From assembly GCA_965655865.1 (NCBI GenBank), contig CBFHJJ010000001.1, positions 20,326 through 84,325 of the forward strand: 64,000 bases of DNA, given 5' to 3'. Position numbers and translations under genes: made by a program. Each line of letters starts with the position of its first letter. Position 1 is the stretch's first letter. This stretch comes from Flavobacteriaceae bacterium (GTDB lineage: Bacteria; Bacteroidota; Bacteroidia; Flavobacteriales; Flavobacteriaceae). This document shows positions 35,497 to 45,060 of this stretch, piece by piece. The notes under the pieces were generated by a model. The model saw only the letters and a list, made by a program, of their open reading frames with translations, searched no databases and was not told the DNA's origin.

Positions 35497-38400
35497 ATGA
35501 ATAGTCAAGATATTTTAAGGAATTTAGGTATAAGTGTGGACATACAACTCGATAGTTCAGAGACTTATGACTATGAAATTGCGGGGTTTGATAACGACTA
35601 CGACCCTAAATTGTTGGATTTTACTAATTCAATAGTATTTGACACTCCTATATTAAACAATTTAACCAATGACGATCCTACAATAGAAAATATTAAACTT
35701 TGTGAGTTTGATAACAGGATTAATGATGTAAATTACATTTATTCAGGGTTAACAGTATCGTTTAACTATGATGAATTTACTGATCATTTTAATATTTTAG
35801 ACTCTGAGGGTAACATTATACATGATTATGAAAATTTTATTTTAAATAACGATCTTTTTACATACACAGGAATTACTAATGAAATACATTACTTTATAAT
35901 ATGTGAATATTCTGATACTCCGGTACCAACATCATCACCAACACCAGAACCTACAAACTCACCAACACCAGAACCTACAAATACAGAAACTCCATCACCA
36001 ACGGAGACAAGTACACCATTACCAAGCGCAACTTCTACGGAGACTCCGTTACCAACGAGTACAATTCAACCTACCCCAAACCCAACTTTAGAACCTACTC
36101 CAAATCCAACTTTAGAACCTACTCCAAATCCAACAGGTACATCAACACCAATCCCAACTTTAGAACCGACACCTAACCCAACAAGTACTGAGGGTCCAAC
36201 ATCAACACCTAACCCAACAAGTACACTACAACCAACACCTAACCCAACGAGTACTGAGGCACCAACACCGACTCCAAACCCTACGAGCACTAATCAACCA
36301 ACACCGGTACCAACAAATACTGCAGTACCAACGGCAACACCAGTACCTACGAGTACTATTCAACCAACACCATTACCAACAAGTACTGAGGAACCAACAG
36401 CCACACCAGCACCAACAAGTACACTACAACCAACACCATTACCAACAAGTACTAATCAACCAACCCCTAACCCTACGGTAGAACCAACACCACAACCTAC
36501 TTTAGGACCAACCCCTAACCCTACGGTAGAACCTACCCCAAATCCAACAAGTACTGAGATACCAACGCCTATGCCGACAAGTACACAGGCACCAACACCT
36601 ACTCCAAACCCTACGAGTACTAATCAACCAACCCCTAACCCAACGAGTACTATACCACCAACTTTAACTCCAAATCCAACAAGTACTAATCAACCAACTC
36701 CTAACCCTACGAGTACCATACCACCAACCTTAACTCCAAACCCTACGAGTACTAATCAACCAACACCAGAACCAACGAGTACTAATCAACCAACATCAAC
36801 CCCTGATGCAACACCAACACCTACTCCAAACCCTACGAGTACTAATCAACCAACCCCTAACCCTACGGTAGAACCAACACCAGTACCTACAAGTACTAAT
36901 CAACCAACATCAACCCCTGATGCAACATCAAACCCAACACCTGAACCAACTGCGAGTAGTACTCCTGAACCTACACCAACAGAAAGTAGTACACCTCAAC
37001 CTACAAGTACACCTAATGCAACACCTCAACCTACCGCAATTCCATTATCGTGTTTAACACCGATAACCTCAGTACAAGCAGTCGGGGGTCAGTATCAATT
37101 TAATGGGTCTTATGGTATTTATGGTATAAATTTAGGAACATATGAAATACAAGGTGTTCCAAGTTCTCACCCTATTGCATTTTTAAATAATGGAAAAGAG
37201 TCTATAGTTAGTTATAGTGGTCAGAATAATGCAGGTACAAAAGTGGGATCTGATGGAAACACATACACTTATTACTATGGTGATGTAACACTTACCATAA
37301 ATGGTGATTTCGGTGTAATTAGTTACGATTGTTACTATCACGGATATATGGGTGGTCAGAATAATTTAAATTACAGTGTATCTTGTACATCACCCCAACC
37401 TACAACCACACCAAATCCAACACCTCAACCAACAAGTACACCTGAACCAACACCTACAATCACGCCTGAACCAACAAGTACTGAAACACCTACTCCCACA
37501 AGTACAGTTGGACCTCTACAAAACATTCTGATGTTGAGAGAGATGGATTCAATATCAGGTACAATGTATAATATTTTAACGGGTAATTTTAGTGGGGCTC
37601 AACAGTTCCTTTGTAACAATACAATAACAAGTGGAAGTGGACAATACAGACAAACAAGTGGAGACCCGACTAACCCACAAAATGGGGATATACTTTACCA
37701 TAATGGTAGTTTAGTAATAAACAGCCAATTCGGATTCTTTTGGAATGAGGATAATAATATTTCATATAAAGATACTTGGAGATGGATTACAACCGATTCC
37801 AACGGTGTAATGACAGTATCTCAATTTAATTGTCCAACAAGTACACCTACTCCAAACCCAACGGCAACAGTTACACCAAACCCAACACCAACAAGTACAC
37901 CAGACCCAACACCTCAACCAACAAGTACACCGTTAATGAGTCAAGCTTGGATCCCAACACCAGACGCTTGGTTTGATGCGTCAGACACGTCAAGTTACAC
38001 ACTATCTGGATCAAACCTTACTTCAGTAACTGATAAAGCAGGTAATTTTAATATGTTAGTTGATGGAACCCCAACAAGAGTGTCTAATGGATTAAATAAT
38101 AAAAATGTGTGGGATTTTAATGGGAATGAAAGTTTAATTAGTTCAAATTCAGGTCCGTATGCAAGTGGTGGTAATCATTGGGCAATAGGTGTGTTTCAAT
38201 TTCACACAACAACATCAACAAGAGATTCTTTTTGGAGTGCGGACGGTGGTAAAACATATGCATTAAGTAGTGGTAATAGTAGTAATAATTGGTACGGTGA
38301 AATTGATTATGATGGTAGTAACAGTATTGTTAATGGTGTTGCCAAAAATGTCTTCACACAACGTATTAATCAATCTCAATGGGCAATAGTTGCGGTAATT

Positions 38401-38700
38401 GCAAACAAAACTGATAATGAATTTTATGGTAGACTAAACGGAGGTATCAAAACCAACGTGGACGTTTATAATAATTCGATGGATACCAATTGTAGTGATC
38501 TACGTATGATGAGAAATAGGTCGGGAGTAAAATTAGATGGAAGAATGGCAGAATACTTCCATTATTCATCTTATGTGGGTGGGGACACCAATAACTACAA
38601 TGAAGTGTGGAAGGCAGAAGGGTACTTAGCACACAAATGGGGATTACAAGGTCTTTTACCAAGTAATCACCCATATAGACATAACGCACCAACATTGTAA
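35497..38700 (+). CDS. Giant fibre/adhesin-like protein: N-domain, ~376-aa Pro/Thr tract, Cys-bounded beta domain, further PT linkers, C-terminal LamG/ConA-like domain
   Basis: The C-terminal pattern WFDASDTSSY...VTDKAGN...LDGRMAEYFHY...EGYLAHKWGL...LPSNHPY is typical of LamG-like jelly-roll domains. Start ambiguous (TTG 35476 or ATG 35497). Confidence 0.7.
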   Translation: MNSQDILRNLGISVDIQLDSSETYDYEIAGFDNDYDPKLLDFTNSIVFDTPILNNLTNDDPTIENIKLCEFDNRINDVNYIYSGLTVSFNYDEFTDHFNILDSEGNIIHDYENFILNNDLFTYTGITNEIHYFIICEYSDTPVPTSSPTPEPTNSPTPEPTNTETPSPTETSTPLPSATSTETPLPTSTIQPTPNPTLEPTPNPTLEPTPNPTGTSTPIPTLEPTPNPTSTEGPTSTPNPTSTLQPTPNPTSTEAPTPTPNPTSTNQPTPVPTNTAVPTATPVPTSTIQPTPLPTSTEEPTATPAPTSTLQPTPLPTSTNQPTPNPTVEPTPQPTLGPTPNPTVEPTPNPTSTEIPTPMPTSTQAPTPTPNPTSTNQPTPNPTSTIPPTLTPNPTSTNQPTPNPTSTIPPTLTPNPTSTNQPTPEPTSTNQPTSTPDATPTPTPNPTSTNQPTPNPTVEPTPVPTSTNQPTSTPDATSNPTPEPTASSTPEPTPTESSTPQPTSTPNATPQPTAIPLSCLTPITSVQAVGGQYQFNGSYGIYGINLGTYEIQGVPSSHPIAFLNNGKESIVSYSGQNNAGTKVGSDGNTYTYYYGDVTLTINGDFGVISYDCYYHGYMGGQNNLNYSVSCTSPQPTTTPNPTPQPTSTPEPTPTITPEPTSTETPTPTSTVGPLQNILMLREMDSISGTMYNILTGNFSGAQQFLCNNTITSGSGQYRQTSGDPTNPQNGDILYHNGSLVINSQFGFFWNEDNNISYKDTWRWITTDSNGVMTVSQFNCPTSTPTPNPTATVTPNPTPTSTPDPTPQPTSTPLMSQAWIPTPDAWFDASDTSSYTLSGSNLTSVTDKAGNFNMLVDGTPTRVSNGLNNKNVWDFNGNESLISSNSGPYASGGNHWAIGVFQFHTTTSTRDSFWSADGGKTYALSSGNSSNNWYGEIDYDGSNSIVNGVAKNVFTQRINQSQWAIVAVIANKTDNEFYGRLNGGIKTNVDVYNNSMDTNCSDLRMMRNRSGVKLDGRMAEYFHYSSYVGGDTNNYNEVWKAEGYLAHKWGLQGLLPSNHPYRHNAPTL
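35917..37045 (+). repeat. Coding low-complexity Pro/Thr (PTPNPTSTNQ-type) repeat tract
   Basis: Direct reading. Shorter PT linkers at about 37387-37503 and 37837-37935. Confidence 0.9.
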
Positions 38701-38758
38701 TTTTAATTCTTTATCTGAATATAACTAATGTTTTTACTATTTATATAGAAAAGTAAAA

Positions 38759-39712
38759 ATGTCATTAGAAATCACAGATTTTTCAACTAACTTAATTGAA
38801 TGTAGTAGTAAACTCGCGGGTGACTGTTGTCCAATCGACAGTACCTTGGATGTTAGACCGTGGGCGTATGAAATAAACAAACATGGTGGTACTGAATTGT
38901 GTGATTACATAATTAAAAGACGACCTGAGAAAGGGTGGACACTCGACTTTGTTTTTAACAGAGAAGAATTACCGTGGTCTAATGGTAGTGTTTTTTATTT
39001 TTTTGGGGTAAGAGATGAGAATACACAATCTTTATATGCCGACAATAACCTTTCCTTTGGGTTTACTTCAAATGGAAAAATTAAATGGAATTCATATAGA
39101 TATTCAGGTAGCTGTGTTAATGAATCGTATAAAGAAACCTATTACCTTGATTCTGGAGTAACTCCAATTCTTTGTGAGAATGGCACATCTAAAGATTTCA
39201 ATATAACAATAACATTTGATCGTCACTTAAGACACACTGAGTGTGAAATTGAAAATGCTGGTGGGTGGAATGATTTAATTACGGGATCAACAATCACTAA
39301 TCCGAGAGCAGTAACACTTTCAGGAGCAACAGAAAATTATCAATACATTGAGGAATTAAATAAGGATTGGAATGATGAGAGATATGCGAGGTTAGGGATA
39401 TTAAAAATATATTTAAATGGTCGACCTATTTACAAAATTGATAATTGGGAGGAAATTATACCATCTAATAGAGGTTTCCAACCATTTATTCAATCATGGG
39501 GTGGTGGAACTACAGGTTCAGGTGGTGTACATCAGGGAGTTACTGGATTTAATTTAAAAAGAATCAAATATATTGAAGAACCTTTAAATGCTTTAGAGGT
39601 TAGACACCACTATATTGTGTCAACCAAACCAACATACAACATTGTAGAGTGTCAAGAAAAATGTGAGGAGGATAATATAGAACCCTTTAGTGATGATAAA
39701 AAAATAGAATAG
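38759..39712 (+). CDS. Cys-rich protein with a LamG/ConA-like jelly-roll pattern
   Basis: WTLDFVF...SVFYFFG...LSFGFTSNGKIKW...LGILKIYLNGRPIY. Confidence 0.5.
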   Translation: MSLEITDFSTNLIECSSKLAGDCCPIDSTLDVRPWAYEINKHGGTELCDYIIKRRPEKGWTLDFVFNREELPWSNGSVFYFFGVRDENTQSLYADNNLSFGFTSNGKIKWNSYRYSGSCVNESYKETYYLDSGVTPILCENGTSKDFNITITFDRHLRHTECEIENAGGWNDLITGSTITNPRAVTLSGATENYQYIEELNKDWNDERYARLGILKIYLNGRPIYKIDNWEEIIPSNRGFQPFIQSWGGGTTGSGGVHQGVTGFNLKRIKYIEEPLNALEVRHHYIVSTKPTYNIVECQEKCEEDNIEPFSDDKKIE

Positions 39713-39724
39713 ATATTTATTAAT

Positions 39725-40093
39725 ATGGAATTTTTTATACGAAAAGGATCAACAGATCCATTATTAAAATTAAGGTTAGTTGACGATGGTCGAAATGACA
39801 AGTCGTCGTTAAATGACCTTTTAGAAAATAGTGATATTACTTTCGATATGTATGAGGTTGAAACCGAAGTTCCAACTATCTTAGGTGGTGTATGTAACCT
39901 TACAACTCGGAATAAAAAATATGACCAATCTACAGACGAATACTACATCACATATAGGTTCACTGAAGATCAAACATCAGAATCGGGTAAATATGAAGGT
40001 ATAGTGACTATTCAATTTTTAGATACTGATTTACTTCCTACCGAAAAACTAATTGTTCCTATCAAAGAAAAATTATTTATTAATATTATATAA
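39725..40093 (+). CDS. Small Ig-like/BppU-N-like structural protein
   Basis: ITFDMYEV...YYITYRFTEDQTSESGKYEGIVTIQF pattern. Confidence 0.4.
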   Translation: MEFFIRKGSTDPLLKLRLVDDGRNDKSSLNDLLENSDITFDMYEVETEVPTILGGVCNLTTRNKKYDQSTDEYYITYRFTEDQTSESGKYEGIVTIQFLDTDLLPTEKLIVPIKEKLFINII

Positions 40094-40130
40094 TTCATTC
40101 TTCGGAATTGATTATTACGTATTTTATTGT

Positions 40131-40138
40131 TATATTTG
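40131..40138 (+). promoter_or_regulatory. TATATTTG box (TAnnTTTG), 70 nt upstream of polB
   Basis: Exact consensus match. Confidence 0.4.
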
Positions 40139-40208
40139 TGGTAAGACTAACTACATCATCCAATGATGGTGTAAGATAATTTGTCAACTAATTAAAACAC
40201 AAGACACA

Positions 40209-42977
40209 ATGAATAAAGAGATAATCTCACAAGAGGTAATCGAGGAATTTCTCAATGGTTCCGATCCCGAAAAGTATATCGTCGGTATAGAGTACGAATA
40301 CAAAACAAACACAATTTACAAAATTATTCAAGACCCTGAAAAAGGTAAAATTATTCGTAAGGATACTTTGACTCCGTTTCTTTGGGTTAGTGATATTAGT
40401 GACTTAAATTTTTATGGAAAAAATAAAGGTCGTCAACGCAGTAAAATGGTTGAGTATGGTATCAAAATTGAAAAATTAGAAGACAAAGACCATCAACGAC
40501 TCATTAACGGTTATAATTACATAGTTAAGAGTACAAAAGGATATGGTCCATTATTAGACTTTTTCAGACAAGGCGGTATCAATCCATGGGATGAAGAGGT
40601 AAGGAATCGTTTTATATTATTAAACCCTAAAGAACAATTTTTAATTCAAAAACAAAAAAGACTGTTTAAGGGGTTAGAAGATTATTCGGACGTACATCGT
40701 TTAGTATTTGATATTGAGACCACGGGTCTTGATCCTGAAGTGGATAAAATCATTCTGATCGGAATGAAGGATAATCGAGATTTTGTTGAAATCATTGATG
40801 CGTTTGGTGAAGATGGTGAAGCAAGATGTATTATTGAATTTTTTAAACACCTAAGAGAATTAAAACCAACAACGATTGCGGGATATAACTCTGCATTCTT
40901 TGATTTCCCATTTATTTTAAAGAGGTGTGAAATATTGGGTATAAACCCTAAAGAACATACTCAGATATTCCACGCACAAGGAATTAAAGAACGTGAAGGG
41001 ATGTTAAAATTAGCCAATGAGGTGGAATATTATACCCAACACATTATTTGGGGAATGAACATTCTCGATATTGCACATTCAGTTCGTAGATCTCAGGCAA
41101 TAAACTCAGACATTAAGTCGTGGGGTTTGAAGTACATTACAAAATATCTTGGTGCAGAAAAGGAGAATCGTGTATATGTTGAGGGTTCTCAGATTTCTAA
41201 CATTTATATTGATAACGAAAGTTTTTATATGAACCCTAAGACGGGTAAGTATAAAAAAATTGGAGATCCTGGTACTGAAAATCTACTACAACGTTTCCCA
41301 AATGTTTATGAAATTTGGACAGGTAGAAAAATAGTAGAACAATATCTTGACGATGATTTATATGAAACTATGGTTGTTGACGATTCGTTTAGTCAATCAA
41401 CATTTTTACTATCTAAGGTCGTACCCGCAACTTACGAAAGAGTATCAACTATGGGTACCGCAACTTTATGGAAATTAATCATGTTGGCGTGGTCATATAA
41501 ACACGATTTAGCAATACCTAAAAAAGATGAACGTAGACCAATTACTGGTGGTTTGTCAAGATTATTAAATGTTGGTTACGAAACTAACGTAGTTAAGTTT
41601 GACTACTCATCACTGTACCCATCAATACAATTGGTGTATGACGTGTTCCCCGACTGTGATGTTATGGGTGTTCAGAAATCGATGTTAAAGTACTTCCGTG
41701 ATGTTCGTATAAATTATAAGTTATTAGCTGCGGAACACTACAAAACAGATCCTGAGTTATCAGAAAAATATAACAGAAAACAATTACCAATTAAGATTTT
41801 CATTAATGCGTACTTTGGTTCATTATCCGCACCACACGTATTTCCGTGGGGTGATATGGATATGGGTGAAACCATTACATGTGTGGGTAGACAAAGTCTT
41901 AGAATGATGATTATGTATTTTCAAGGTATCGGTTATAAACCACTTGTAATGGACACTGATGGTGTTAACTTCTCAGCACCTAAAGATATGGAAAGTCGTA
42001 GGTATGTTGGTAAGGGTCTAAATGGACTTGTTGTTAAAGGTAAAGAATATGAAGGTCTTGAAGCAGATACCGCAGAATTTAACGATATTTTCATGAGAGG
42101 TGAGATGGGTCTTGACATCGATTATGTTTGTCCTGCCACTATTAATCTCGCAAGGAAAAATTATGTACTAAAAAAACCAAACGGTGGTGTTAAATTAACA
42201 GGTAACACAATTAAATCTAAAAACTTATCGGGTTACATAGTGGACTTTCTTGATAAAGGTTTAAGACTACTTCTTGATGGTAAAGGTCATGAGTTCATTG
42301 AATACTACTATAGTTACATTGAAATCATATATAATCAAGAGATTCCATTGGCAAAGATCGCTAATAAATCGAGGGTTAAACAATCAATAGATGATTATAA
42401 AAAACACATACTTAAAAGAACCAAAAGTGGATCATTAATGTCACGAAAAGCACACATGGAGTTAATCATGGCTAATGGGTATAATGCGGGTCTTGGTGAA
42501 ACGATATTCTATGTTAATAATGGAACTGCCAAATCTCATGGTGATGTTTCAAAAAAACCAAAGACTAATGAAGTGAAAATAAATTGTTACATGATAACGG
42601 AAAAGGAAATGACTGATAACCCTGAAATGAAAGGAGAATATAACATTGCTCGATACGTGAATACATTTAACAAAAGAATAGAACCTCTTATGGTTGTTTT
42701 TAGTCCTGAGATTCGTAATGATATTATGGTTGACAATCCTGAGAAGAGACAATACTTTACACCCTCACAGTGTAAGTTAGATTCAGGTAATCCTATGAAA
42801 GAAGGTGGTCAAGACAACTTTGACGATGTAATGACACTATCCGACACTGAGGTTAATTTTTGGAATAAGATAAAGAGAGACCCTTTCTTTTTATACTTAG
42901 ATGATAGTATTGATCATATTGACCAACATTGGGTTAAATACAATAGAAGTTTATTAGACTTTGAGATAGAGAAGTAA
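40209..42977 (+). CDS. Family-B DNA polymerase
   Basis: ExoI FDIETTG, ExoII GYNSAFFDFPF, ExoIII YLDDDLYET, motif A DYSSLYPSI, motif B KIFINAYFG, motif C VMDTDGV. Confidence 0.92.
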   Translation: MNKEIISQEVIEEFLNGSDPEKYIVGIEYEYKTNTIYKIIQDPEKGKIIRKDTLTPFLWVSDISDLNFYGKNKGRQRSKMVEYGIKIEKLEDKDHQRLINGYNYIVKSTKGYGPLLDFFRQGGINPWDEEVRNRFILLNPKEQFLIQKQKRLFKGLEDYSDVHRLVFDIETTGLDPEVDKIILIGMKDNRDFVEIIDAFGEDGEARCIIEFFKHLRELKPTTIAGYNSAFFDFPFILKRCEILGINPKEHTQIFHAQGIKEREGMLKLANEVEYYTQHIIWGMNILDIAHSVRRSQAINSDIKSWGLKYITKYLGAEKENRVYVEGSQISNIYIDNESFYMNPKTGKYKKIGDPGTENLLQRFPNVYEIWTGRKIVEQYLDDDLYETMVVDDSFSQSTFLLSKVVPATYERVSTMGTATLWKLIMLAWSYKHDLAIPKKDERRPITGGLSRLLNVGYETNVVKFDYSSLYPSIQLVYDVFPDCDVMGVQKSMLKYFRDVRINYKLLAAEHYKTDPELSEKYNRKQLPIKIFINAYFGSLSAPHVFPWGDMDMGETITCVGRQSLRMMIMYFQGIGYKPLVMDTDGVNFSAPKDMESRRYVGKGLNGLVVKGKEYEGLEADTAEFNDIFMRGEMGLDIDYVCPATINLARKNYVLKKPNGGVKLTGNTIKSKNLSGYIVDFLDKGLRLLLDGKGHEFIEYYYSYIEIIYNQEIPLAKIANKSRVKQSIDDYKKHILKRTKSGSLMSRKAHMELIMANGYNAGLGETIFYVNNGTAKSHGDVSKKPKTNEVKINCYMITEKEMTDNPEMKGEYNIARYVNTFNKRIEPLMVVFSPEIRNDIMVDNPEKRQYFTPSQCKLDSGNPMKEGGQDNFDDVMTLSDTEVNFWNKIKRDPFFLYLDDSIDHIDQHWVKYNRSLLDFEIEK

Positions 42978-42980
42978 TAG

Positions 42981-43010
42981 TATGGGGGTTGAAATAGTAC
43001 CCCCATATTT
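42981..43010. terminator. Bidirectional hairpin terminator between convergent genes
   Basis: tatggggg ... cccccata perfect 8-bp stem, followed by T-rich sequence. Confidence 0.65.
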
Positions 43011-44129
43011 TTATATTCCGAGGAATGGAGATTGGAATGGTCTATGTTTAAGTGATTTGTTTAAATTTTCAGCTTCATTAGCCTTTCTTTCTAACATCTT
43101 ATCAGGACGTAGTCTTTCCAAACGTTGAGTTAATTCCTCAATAAGTTTTAATTTTTCGTCTTTACCTTCGGTTAAAAGTGAATTATAATCTAATTTTACT
43201 TCACTATCAGGTACTCTTAAATCTCCTGAGAATTTAGAATATACTCTACCTAAACCTTCTTTAGAATAACCAATCAGATACTTACGTACCCAATTCTGAG
43301 CTGGTCTATTAAGTGTTTCCCATGTAAGTTCTTCCGTTTCTATATCAGAAGGTAATTTGATAATGTCTTTATTTTTAGCTAAACAATCATCTCTATCAAA
43401 TGTATCGTAGTACCAATACCACACATAGTAATTGTGTTTTTGTACAGAACCAAAATCAAACCTACCACCTGGTGTGTTATAAAGGTGAACGTGTTTTTTT
43501 CCTTCAGGACCTGCAGTAACACGATATGTTAATTCACCACCAATTAGACGATTCTTTAATCCCCTATCTTGCATCCTCGCTAAAAGATCGTAAGCCGGCA
43601 TCATGAAATACGAACCTGAAGTACCCATTTGTGCAAATCCACCAACACCACCAGAACCAACACCACCAAGACCACCGAACCCACCTAAAAATGGATCTAC
43701 GATTGAATCTGTTAGTTCTGCTCTTGTAAACCAAAGAAGTTCGTTAAGTTCTCTACCCGCAGGTATTTCATACATTTGTTGGTTTGCAACTAATTCTATT
43801 TTGTCTAATTTCAATTCAGATTCACCACCCGTTTGAAGACCTACAATTTTAGAATATGCATGTGAGTATTGTGTTTCATAATCAACCGATCTTGTAGTGA
43901 ACGCTCTTGTTAAAGATTGTGTGTCAACATTTAACCCAGCTAATGATGACCACTGTGATTCGATTAACCAATCACTCACATACTGTTCATATTCATCAAG
44001 TGATAACTCGAGGAATGTGTCCATTTGTTCTTCGGTTAATTCAATAGACCGAATTGGCATACCCAAAAGATGAAAAACCTGTGAATATAACTTCTCTTTG
44101 TTCGTTGGTGTTATAATTGTGCTTGGCAT
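43011..44129 (-). CDS. Neck protein (T4 gp13-like)
   Basis: [38 protein letters not shown] parallels T4 gp13 [47 protein letters not shown]...LLARMQD and the C-terminal PFLGI parallel the gp13 ending. Confidence 0.72.
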   Translation of the reverse strand: [372 protein letters not shown]

Positions 44130-44159
44130 ATATTACTTGATTTATTAATATAAATAGTT

Positions 44160-44167
44160 TATATTTG
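44160..44167 (+). promoter_or_regulatory. TATATTTG box (TAnnTTTG), 20 nt upstream of ATG 44188
   Basis: Exact consensus match. Confidence 0.4.
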
Positions 44168-44187
44168 GAATAATCACACATTTAATT

Positions 44188-45060
44188 ATGATATCAGAAG
44201 AACAATTAGAAAAAATTAGAAATAAGCACAAAACAAAGTTAGACATATGGAGATACATTAACAGTGTGACTCCATTAAGAAAAAAATTGAGTTGGAAAAT
44301 AATGGATATTGTTAAATGTGTTTGGGAAGAACGTGCATTACCAAGATATGGTCAGATTGTTGAACTTGATGGTAGTACTTCTGAAGTGGGTGTTTATGAT
44401 TATAATCCTGAAACTGATAAGTATGATCACAGAAGTGGGGTTAACTACACGAACACAAGTTACACACAACACAAATATTTAGAAAGAAAACTAAATGAAA
44501 TTTATGGTTATGAATTACCTTATGAAAGGGGTTCTGACATGGGATTCATTGAAGATACTGTCGTTGAAACAATCAATCAATTTAGTGAACACTTATATAA
44601 CCATAGGGATGAGATTTTTGATGATGGAAAAATAAAAGACACTTTAGACGATATTAAAACACGTAATGTCAGCGCAGGAAATAAGTCCCAAAAGTTAATT
44701 GAATCTAATCACAAATTGATTTGGACTGACTCTGTTGGGTATATTGACGACGACATATTAATAGGTGGAAGTTCTCAAGATTTTAAAGGTATTGACGGTG
44801 TAATAAAATTTAAAGACAGAGAGGAAACCAATCAAGTAAAGTCGTGTGGTGGATGGTCAATTATACCGAACGGTAATTACAAAGTAAAGGTCACCACATC
44901 AATATCACAATATAAGGATATAGATTATATATCATTTACACATAAGGGTGATATAATAGTCTTTAAAATAGATATGGATTTAATAGAGACAATACATACC
45001 GATAATGTGTATTTTGTTTTTGATTCTTCTCTTCTATTTTTTACCAATCGATTTGATTAG
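44188..45060 (+). CDS. Hypothetical protein; C-terminal part weakly PD-(D/E)xK-like
   Basis: GIDGVIKF...ETNQVKS; very tentative. 3' end overlaps the convergent SNF2 gene by 27 nt. Confidence 0.4.
   Translation: MISEEQLEKIRNKHKTKLDIWRYINSVTPLRKKLSWKIMDIVKCVWEERALPRYGQIVELDGSTSEVGVYDYNPETDKYDHRSGVNYTNTSYTQHKYLERKLNEIYGYELPYERGSDMGFIEDTVVETINQFSEHLYNHRDEIFDDGKIKDTLDDIKTRNVSAGNKSQKLIESNHKLIWTDSVGYIDDDILIGGSSQDFKGIDGVIKFKDREETNQVKSCGGWSIIPNGNYKVKVTTSISQYKDIDYISFTHKGDIIVFKIDMDLIETIHTDNVYFVFDSSLLFFTNRFD

Noticed and set aside
36066-36290. Antisense and off-frame ORFs within the Pro/Thr tract (35903-36091 and 36066-36290). I also considered whether the tract is a CRISPR-like or satellite repeat.
   Set aside because: The periodicity is at the codon level, inside one long open frame flanked by folded domains. 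There are no constant repeats alternating with unique spacers.
40154-40168. Hairpin catcat-cca-atgatg in the polB leader, as an analogue of the T4/RB69 gp43 translational operator.
   Set aside because: The stem is only 6 bp with a 3-nt loop, and it lies 40 nt from the ATG. That is too weak to support without comparative data.
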